Below are positions 57,231-64,000 of a DNA stretch of 64,000 nucleotides, one piece after another. Made by a program: the position numbers and the translations under genes. Within the stretch, counting starts at the first letter, position 1. Every line of letters begins with the position of its first letter. This DNA is from Paenibacillus sp. (GTDB taxonomy: Bacteria; Bacillota; Bacilli; Paenibacillales; NBRC-103111), in NCBI GenBank assembly GCA_031180825.1, contig JAPSLM010000006.1, forward strand, positions 171,516-235,515, given 5' to 3'. The notes under the pieces are model-generated. The model was not told the DNA's origin, did no database searches, and saw only the letters and a list, made by a program, of their open reading frames with translations.

Positions 57231-58391
57231 TTAAAGTAGCATGCCGATTCGAGGCTGGTAGTTCTCCGCGCTCTCGTCGTCATAGAACACCATCTCGCGA
57301 ATTTCTTCTTTGGCCAGCCCGTTGAAATCAGGCGCCAGCTCCACGCCAAGTCCCGGGGACTCGCTTAATGCGAGCTTTCCGTTGCGGAAGCTTAACGGGT
57401 TTTTCAATACGTCGGACGTATACCATCCGTAGTGGGTATCGTTGGCAAACGGGAAGTTTCTCGAAGCCGCAATCAGATGGGCATTGGCTAACGTCGCAAT
57501 CCCCGTTTCCGCCCACGAGCCCGTCACGCACCAGATCCCGCAGCTGTTGGCCAATTCCACGATTTGCTTGGCTTTCAGAAGTCCGCCCGCTTCCGAAGGA
57601 TATACCGTAAAGGCGGCAACCGCCCGCTTTTCGATCAATCGTAGGGCCGTATCGAACGTAGTGCAGGACTCGTCCGCCGTAATGGGAACGGGAACCGATT
57701 TGCTTACGGTAGCCAATCCGTCGATATCGTAGTAAGGAATAGGCTGTTCCACCAGCTGCAGATCGTATTCGGCCATTCGGTTAATCGCTTTAATCGCGCT
57801 GCTTACGCTCCAAATCTGGTTGGCGTCGATCCGCAGCTTGACCTTCGGACCTACGGCCCGGCGAATTTCTTGAATTCTGCGCGTATCCAGATCGATATCT
57901 CTGCCGACCTTGATTTTAATTTCATCATAGCCTTGGGCAACGATCTCCTCGGCTTCCTTGGCGTTGACCAGCGGATCGTCGATGAACAAGTATCCGGAGA
58001 AGGAAACCTCCTTCCGGTACAGCCCCCCAAGCAAATTGTATACCGGCGTGTTCAATAATTTCGCTTTCAAATCCAGTAAGGCGATATCGATGCCGGCCAA
58101 CGCGTAGTATCCGATCTGCGACCAGTTTAGAATGTATTCCTCCAGCTGATGCAGGATCAGTTCCGTCTGCATCGGGTCTTTGCCGATCAGAAACGGTTTA
58201 AATTCTTTTTCCACAATCGTCTGGATCGTTGAGATCGTAGGTCCTACACATTCGCCATATCCGATAACGCCTTCATCCGTGATCAGCTGAACGATTAATG
58301 CCGGAGCATTCTTCCGGGTACCGCCCGACCACTTGGCCGGTTTCTTGAAAGGAATCAGTACAGGCGTTGTAATTACATCTTTAATGAACAT
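57231..58391 (-). CDS. Enolase-superfamily enzyme (muconate lactonizing enzyme-like subgroup)
   Basis: KIKVG, DAN, EQP, ADES metal ligands. Confidence 0.92.
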   Translation of the reverse strand: MFIKDVITTPVLIPFKKPAKWSGGTRKNAPALIVQLITDEGVIGYGECVGPTISTIQTIVEKEFKPFLIGKDPMQTELILHQLEEYILNWSQIGYYALAGIDIALLDLKAKLLNTPVYNLLGGLYRKEVSFSGYLFIDDPLVNAKEAEEIVAQGYDEIKIKVGRDIDLDTRRIQEIRRAVGPKVKLRIDANQIWSVSSAIKAINRMAEYDLQLVEQPIPYYDIDGLATVSKSVPVPITADESCTTFDTALRLIEKRAVAAFTVYPSEAGGLLKAKQIVELANSCGIWCVTGSWAETGIATLANAHLIAASRNFPFANDTHYGWYTSDVLKNPLSFRNGKLALSESPGLGVELAPDFNGLAKEEIREMVFYDDESAENYQPRIGMLL

Positions 58392-58460
58392 ACCATATCT
58401 CTCCTTTGTCGTGGTAAGAAGAATTTGAGGATGATGTAAGTATATTTTACCGAAGAATTA

Positions 58461-58566
58461 ATTGTCAACAATATTGTTAACAATTTTTTTTCAAAATTTT
58501 TTTCACAATTTTGATCGCTCCCTATTTAAAATCATAGTATATTCCGATATTGTCATTGTCAACAAT
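58461..58566. promoter_or_regulatory. Three palindromic GntR/FadR-type operators in the divergent promoter region
   Basis: ATTGTCAACAAT (58461-72), ATTGTTAACAAT (58473-84), ATTGTCAACAAT (58555-66). Confidence 0.75.
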
Positions 58567-58663
58567 AACATATAAGTTAATTTTGAATATATACAATGAG
58601 CTTTTTTATTGTATAATTAAGGGAGCAAAGCATTGAGCTTGGGTCTATTAGGAGGAAAACCAT

Positions 58664-59305
58664 GTGAAGAATCAATTTCGCTTCTCGGTCAAAAAAACAG
58701 ATACGCTAAGAAATCAAATTTATCAAGATATTAAGGATGCGATCACTCAAGGAAAGCTCAAGCCGGGGCAACGACTGCGCGAGGCGGATCTTTCCGAAGA
58801 AATGGGTGTCAGCCGCGGGCCGATCCGCGAGGCGATTTTACTGTTGGAACGCGAAGGGCTTCTGGTGACCCAGCCCCATCGGGAAACGACCGTAGCTACC
58901 GTGGATAAGGATGAAGTGCTGGATTTATTAAATCCGCTTCGGGTGCTGCTCGAATCTTTTTGCATCCAAAAAATATTGCCCCATCTGACGGATGCCCATT
59001 TCGCCGAGCTGACGGACATCCTGAACGAACTCATAGACGCCTGCGAAAACAACGATTTGGAACAAGTGGTCAAAAGAGACTTGCAGTTTCATGAATATCT
59101 GATTTCTTTAACCCATGAGCCCTATTTGCAGACCCTCTGGTCCGGAGTCTCTTCGCGCATCGTATTTCACTTTATGTCGAACTCGCAAATGCATCGCGAA
59201 AATAATTTTGCGAAGCTCATCGAAGAGCACCAAGCGCTGCTGAACGCGCTGAAGACAAAAGAATGGCCCGTTGTGGAAGAGGAATTGAAAAAACATATTT
59301 ACTAG
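58664..59305 (+). CDS. GntR family regulator (FCD domain)
   Basis: L.PG.RL.E..L...MGVSR.PIREA...LE.EGL; D..FH; EH. Confidence 0.93.
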   Translation: MKNQFRFSVKKTDTLRNQIYQDIKDAITQGKLKPGQRLREADLSEEMGVSRGPIREAILLLEREGLLVTQPHRETTVATVDKDEVLDLLNPLRVLLESFCIQKILPHLTDAHFAELTDILNELIDACENNDLEQVVKRDLQFHEYLISLTHEPYLQTLWSGVSSRIVFHFMSNSQMHRENNFAKLIEEHQALLNALKTKEWPVVEEELKKHIY

Positions 59306-59534
59306 AAAATCGATCGTCCTCGTTGCCGGGAAAGCAGGAGGGCGATTGCTTTTTCTTTGCCTCCTAATAGCCTCGCCCCTTTCATGTAACTAGTTCTTAA
59401 GTAGGATATTTATGCCGTTAAGCTATGAAATTCGACACGATTTGCCAATTATTCCTTTTCAAATCTATTCATTTGTAATAGAATAGGCAATGTTGCAAAA
59501 ATGAGAGTCAGATTTGGAGAGGGGATCAACACAG

Positions 59535-60596
59535 ATGTACAGGAAGAAAATTGCACTTGCACTTTGCGCGCTGCTGGTAGTGATGGCAGTACTCGCCGGC
59601 TGCGGAGCAAAGCCGGCACCGAAGGAAACGCTGGAGAAGGCGTTCCAAACGGCTGCCGATATGAAATCGGCCGACTACAAAATGACCTTCGCGATGAATA
59701 TGGACTTCCCTGCCGACGCTTTGGAAGCAAACCCGCAGCTTGCCGTAGGGGCGCAAATGCTCAAAAACATGGAAGTGGCCGTAACCGGCGCGTACCAGCA
59801 AGAACCGTTCCAAATGGAAATGAACATCGAAGCCAAGCTTAAAGGCGACATGGCGATGAACATCAATCTGCCGATCGTGATGACCGATCAAAAAATGTGG
59901 GTAAAGGTGCCGAACATTCCGATGCTGCCGCTGCCGAAAGATGTAGTAGGCAAATTTGTGGAGCTTGATCCGAAGGAACTGGCGAAGCAATCGGACCAAA
60001 AAGTGAATTTCGACGCCGCTGCCATTAAGAAGCAGCAGGAGCTGGGCCAAGAAATCGGCAAAATTTTCTTCAAGCATGTGGACGAAAAAACGTTCCTCTC
60101 CTCCGTGGACAAGAAAGACGCGAAGCTGCCTGAATCGGTTGAAGCGAATCAGATCGTTAAATTCGCGGTAACGAACGACAACCTGGAGCCGCTCATCATG
60201 ACCGTGGCCGAGAAGGTGCTGCCGGAAGTGCTTGATCTGCTGATGAGCGACAAATACGCCGGCGTGTTTGACCTTAAGAAAGAGGATCTGGAGCAAGCGA
60301 AGAAGGATCTGGCGGCCAACTCCGGAGACAAACTCAAAACCGAATTGGCTAAAATGAAGGAAGACTTGAAAGTCAAGGATCTGCAAATCACGACAGCCGT
60401 CAACAAAAAAGGATTCCCGGTATACCACGATGTGAACGTAGGTCTGGAGGTCAAAGAAGACGGCAAGCCGTTCCAGATCGGCGCCAACATTAAGGCGGAG
60501 TATTCCAAGATCAACGAAAAGCCGGAATTCAAAATCGGCATTCCGAAAGACGTCATCACGCTCGAGCAGCTGATGGCCAAAACAAACGGCATGTAA
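59535..60596 (+). CDS. Lipoprotein of unknown function
   Basis: Signal with LAGC lipobox; start ATG 59535. Confidence 0.85.
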   Translation: MYRKKIALALCALLVVMAVLAGCGAKPAPKETLEKAFQTAADMKSADYKMTFAMNMDFPADALEANPQLAVGAQMLKNMEVAVTGAYQQEPFQMEMNIEAKLKGDMAMNINLPIVMTDQKMWVKVPNIPMLPLPKDVVGKFVELDPKELAKQSDQKVNFDAAAIKKQQELGQEIGKIFFKHVDEKTFLSSVDKKDAKLPESVEANQIVKFAVTNDNLEPLIMTVAEKVLPEVLDLLMSDKYAGVFDLKKEDLEQAKKDLAANSGDKLKTELAKMKEDLKVKDLQITTAVNKKGFPVYHDVNVGLEVKEDGKPFQIGANIKAEYSKINEKPEFKIGIPKDVITLEQLMAKTNGM

Positions 60597-60604
60597 TGTA
60601 AATG

Positions 60605-60641
60605 CAAAGCCGCGTCTCCGATTGGAGGCGCGGCTTTTTTT
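60605..60641. terminator. Intrinsic terminator
   Basis: AAAGCCGCG...CGCGGCTTTTTTT. Confidence 0.8.
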
Positions 60642-60683
60642 ACATAGTATCGGGCTTGTCTGGAAAATCTAGCAATAGCGGAC

Positions 60684-61970
60684 TTAAGCCGTCGGCTTCA
60701 GCGCCTGCTTCGCCGTCTCCTTGACCGTCGCGACGTAAGCGAGCCCTTTTTGCTTATCGTATTGGCCTTCCCACTTGGACATAACTACCGCCGCGAGAGA
60801 GTTGCCAAGCACGTTTACGACGGTGCGGGCCATGTCGAGAAGACGGTCAATACCGGCAATGAAAGCGAGTCCTTCGACCGGGATCCCTACCGAGCCGAGC
60901 GTCGCAAGCAGAACGACGAACGAAACTCCGGGCACACCGGCGATGCCTTTGGACGTAACCATCAGTACAAGCATCAGCGTAATTTGCGTGCTGATCGGCA
61001 TCTCGATGCCGTACATCTGAGCGATGAACAGCGCCGCAAGCGCCTGATACAAGGTCGATCCGTCGAGATTGAACGAATAGCCCGTAGGCACGACAAACGA
61101 CGTAATTGCTTTGGGACAGCCGAACTTCTCCATCTTCTCCATCACTTTGGGCATGACCGATTCGGAGCTGGCTGTAGAATAAGCGAGAATGATTTCATCC
61201 TTCAGCAGCTTGATCATCGTCCAGATGCTGGTGCCGGATATTTTGGCGATCGCTCCAAGCACGACGAAAATAAAGAACAGCATACTGGCATAGACGACAA
61301 CGACGAGCTTACCGAGCGGAATAAGCGACGAAACGCCGAACTTGGCGACGGTCACGCCAATCAAGGCAAATACCCCGAACGGCGCGAACTTCATGACTTG
61401 GTTGGTGACCCAGAACATCGCGTCCGCGACGCCATGGAAGAAGCTGAGCACCGGCTTGCCGCGTTCGCCGATCGCCGCAATGCCGAGGCCGAACAGGACG
61501 GAGAAGAAAATGATGGCGAGCATATCGCCGTTCACAAACGCTTCGAATATGTTCTTCGGCACGATGTTCACGAACGTGCTGGCGAAGCTGTGGCTTGCTT
61601 TCTCGGCGGTATCGACATACGTTTTGATATCGGTTTTCGCAAGACCCGACATATCGATGCCGGCGCCCGGTTTGAATACGTTGGCAAACAGCAGGCCGAC
61701 GATAATGGCAATTGTGGTAACGATTTCAAAATACAAAATCGTTTTGCCGCCGAGCTTGCCCAGCTTCTTCATATCTCCTACTCCGGCGATGCCGACAATA
61801 AGCGAAGAGATGACGATCGGAACGACGATCATTTTGATCAGACGGATGAAGATGTCCCCAATCGGCTTGAGGTATGTCTCGACAGCGGGATTCCCGTAAA
61901 AGATGGCCCCGACGGCTACCCCGAGCGTCAGACCGATTACAATTTGCAGGGCCAATCCGAATTTTTTCAT
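60684..61970 (-). CDS. gltT: Proton/sodium-glutamate (dicarboxylate/amino acid:cation) symporter, GltT/GltP-like
   Basis: FIRLIKMI, TASSE, GYSFNLDG, SKG.AGVPG, IDR.LDMART..N; start ATG 61970. Confidence 0.92.
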   Translation of the reverse strand: MKKFGLALQIVIGLTLGVAVGAIFYGNPAVETYLKPIGDIFIRLIKMIVVPIVISSLIVGIAGVGDMKKLGKLGGKTILYFEIVTTIAIIVGLLFANVFKPGAGIDMSGLAKTDIKTYVDTAEKASHSFASTFVNIVPKNIFEAFVNGDMLAIIFFSVLFGLGIAAIGERGKPVLSFFHGVADAMFWVTNQVMKFAPFGVFALIGVTVAKFGVSSLIPLGKLVVVVYASMLFFIFVVLGAIAKISGTSIWTMIKLLKDEIILAYSTASSESVMPKVMEKMEKFGCPKAITSFVVPTGYSFNLDGSTLYQALAALFIAQMYGIEMPISTQITLMLVLMVTSKGIAGVPGVSFVVLLATLGSVGIPVEGLAFIAGIDRLLDMARTVVNVLGNSLAAVVMSKWEGQYDKQKGLAYVATVKETAKQALKPTA

Positions 61971-62059
61971 GTCTGCTTCCTCCTCTTTTGTTGCTAAAAG
62001 CGCTTCCAAATTAAAAGCGTCTGTGAAATAATAGGTTTGAATAATATCATATGGCTCGT

Positions 62060-62084
62060 CTACACTAAACTACAAAAACCTACA
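62060..62084. promoter_or_regulatory. Triple CTACA direct repeat with 10 bp period, putative response-regulator site
   Basis: CTACA at 62060, 62070 and 62080 between divergent gltT and kinase genes. Confidence 0.5.
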
Positions 62085-62092
62085 TTTGCGAG

Positions 62093-63397
62093 TTGATGCG
62101 AATTTTGAAACAGGCTGTCCCTTGGAAACAACGACTGCTGGCGCTGGCCCTTGTCGCCATTCTCGTTCCGCTGGCCGGCGAGCTGAAATTTTATCCGTTC
62201 TCGGATTCGTTTCGCGTCGGCATGGGACCTCCCGTGCTTTTTTTCAGTTTGCTGTGGCTTCGCGGATTAACGCCGCTGGCGGCGGGGTTCGTGACCGGCC
62301 TCACCGTGCCGGCCTTCCGGATCGGACTGGATGCGCTAGGCGGGGAGACGGTGCTTGAAGCTTCGTTCTATCAGCATGTTCCCGCCTTCTTCTTTTATTT
62401 CTCCTACGGGGCCTTGTTCGCTGCGGTGCAGGTCAACAGCTACCGCCGAAGCCCGCTGCTGATCGGTCTGATCGGCATGGGACTGGAGATCGGCTCCAAT
62501 GTGGCGGAGCTGTTTTTCCGCTATTCGCTTCCCGGACGAACGATTATTTTGCACGAGCTGGAGCAAATTGCCGTGATCGCCGTGTTCCGCAGCTCGTTCG
62601 TGCTGGCCATCTTTAACATCATCCAGCTCAGGCAGGTGCGTGCGCTGCAAGAGCGGGAGCGGCTGGAGAACGAGCACCGGCTGATGCTCATCTCGACGCT
62701 GTACGAGGAATCGGTGCATTTGCAAAAAACGCTGCATCAGGCGGAGCAGATCACCCGCTCCTCCTATGAGCTGTACCGCGAGCTGAAGGACGCGGCCGAG
62801 CCCGATTTCGCCCGGAAAGCTTTAGGCATCGCCGGACAAGTGCACGAGATCAAAAAAGACAACCAGCGCATCTACGCCGGGTTGTCGCAGCTTATTACCA
62901 GCGAGCAGCGGGCCGATTTCGGCCTGACGGAAGAGCTTGGCGGCGTGGTGATCCGCTCGAATGAAAAATACGCCCGCCTGCACGGCAAATCGATCCGGAT
63001 GACGTTGAAGGTCAAAGGCGAGCATCCTCCCTATCACGCCTATACGCTGCTGTCACTGCTGAACAATCTTGTCTCGAACGCCGTGGAGGCGATTGCGAAG
63101 GACGGGTATATCGAAGTCGTCATCGGCCGCTCGGACGAGCGGACGACGGAGCTGCGCGTCCGGGACGACGGCCCGGGCATTCCGGCGCATACGCGGGATA
63201 TCGTTTTTCATCCCGGCTATACGACCAAATACGATGCCGCCGGGGCTCCGTCGACCGGCATCGGTCTCTCCTACGTGCAGGAAACGGTGGAACGACTCGG
63301 CGGAACCATAACGATTCAGGAAGGGATCGGTGGAAAAGGAACGGAATTTATCATACAATTGCCGTTGGCAAGTTTAACGACGAATAAGGACGGGTGA
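62093..63397 (+). CDS. Sensor histidine kinase, GlnK/YcbA-like
   Basis: Multi-TM N-terminus, HEIKKDNQRI H-box, NLVSNA, DDGPGI, GIGL. Confidence 0.92.
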   Translation: MMRILKQAVPWKQRLLALALVAILVPLAGELKFYPFSDSFRVGMGPPVLFFSLLWLRGLTPLAAGFVTGLTVPAFRIGLDALGGETVLEASFYQHVPAFFFYFSYGALFAAVQVNSYRRSPLLIGLIGMGLEIGSNVAELFFRYSLPGRTIILHELEQIAVIAVFRSSFVLAIFNIIQLRQVRALQERERLENEHRLMLISTLYEESVHLQKTLHQAEQITRSSYELYRELKDAAEPDFARKALGIAGQVHEIKKDNQRIYAGLSQLITSEQRADFGLTEELGGVVIRSNEKYARLHGKSIRMTLKVKGEHPPYHAYTLLSLLNNLVSNAVEAIAKDGYIEVVIGRSDERTTELRVRDDGPGIPAHTRDIVFHPGYTTKYDAAGAPSTGIGLSYVQETVERLGGTITIQEGIGGKGTEFIIQLPLASLTTNKDG

Positions 63398-63403
63398 AAA
63401 GGA

Positions 63404-64000
63404 GTGCGATTTTTTATAACCGATGACGACCCGGCGGTGCGCCGCATGCTGGCGCAGCTGATCGAAGACGAGGACCTCGGCGAGGTGGCGGGCGAAGCTG
63501 CGGACGGAGCGGATGTGGATGCCGGACTGCTCGCGGTGACGCGGACCGATATTTGGTTCATCGACCTGCTGATGCCGAAGCGGGACGGCATTGAGACGGT
63601 CCGGGAGATCGCCCCGTCGTTTCCCGGCAAAATTATCATGCTGTCGCAGGTCGAATCGAAGGACATGATCGGAGAGGCGTACGCCTTGGGCGTCGAATAT
63701 TACATAACAAAGCCGATCAACCGGCTGGAGGTATTGTCGGTTATCCGCAAGGTCGAGGAGCGGATGCGGCTCGCACGGTCCATTCAGAACATTCGCCAGT
63801 CGCTGCTTGGACTGGACGACGGCGGCTTAGGGACGCCTTCGGCCCCGCGCGAACGGGACCGCGGGTCTGCGGGGATCGCCGCGGCGGGCCGCTATTTATT
63901 CTCGGAGCTCGGCATCACCGGGGAAATCGGCTGCAAAGATTTGCTGGCGATGCTGCAAATTTTGGCGGAGCATGACGATGCCGCTTCAGGCCACCGCGAT
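63404..64000 (+). CDS. Response regulator, GlnL/YcbB-like, 3' end outside window
   Basis: Manual translation from GTG 63404: MRFFITDDD...IDLLMP..DGI...MLSQV...YYITKPIN..EV. Confidence 0.9.
   Translation, partial: MRFFITDDDPAVRRMLAQLIEDEDLGEVAGEAADGADVDAGLLAVTRTDIWFIDLLMPKRDGIETVREIAPSFPGKIIMLSQVESKDMIGEAYALGVEYYITKPINRLEVLSVIRKVEERMRLARSIQNIRQSLLGLDDGGLGTPSAPRERDRGSAGIAAAGRYLFSELGITGEIGCKDLLAMLQILAEHDDAASGHRD

Overview
A 64 kb chromosomal window from a GC-rich, spore-forming Firmicute; gene content and repeats point to Paenibacillaceae. The backbone is ordinary: transporters, two-component systems, a PAS-GGDEF-EAL protein, malic enzyme, CAZymes, a four-gene quinol oxidase operon, and a glutamate/dicarboxylate symporter with its two-component system. 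The most interesting part is an AT-rich island (~38.7-45.7 kb). It carries a split two-subunit sigma factor (SigO/YvrI-like, YvrJ, RsoA/YvrHa-like) fused into an operon with a CxxC thioredoxin and a MauE-like membrane protein. The same non-sigmaA motif (GGTTGTTTTT-N17-TGTTATA) lies upstream of that operon and upstream of a 4-Cys, GH73/lysozyme-like protein with a leader. The island also holds a BlaI/BlaR1-like pair with an unusual sensor domain, and its left edge truncates a type I toxin, leaving an orphan antitoxin-like sRNA. Next to it is a MarR-regulated Get3d-like (ArsA plus alpha-crystallin domain) operon in which both MarR and a small partner end in IxI tails. Other items: an SOS-boxed pentapeptide-repeat gene with a tnpB remnant in its leader, a palindromic MITE-like repeat with a 25 bp duplication, two uncharacterised secreted glycoside hydrolases, and a GntR-controlled catabolic cluster with an atypical enolase-superfamily enzyme. 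No rRNA, tRNA or CRISPR array was seen. All family assignments come from motif recognition by eye, not from database searches.
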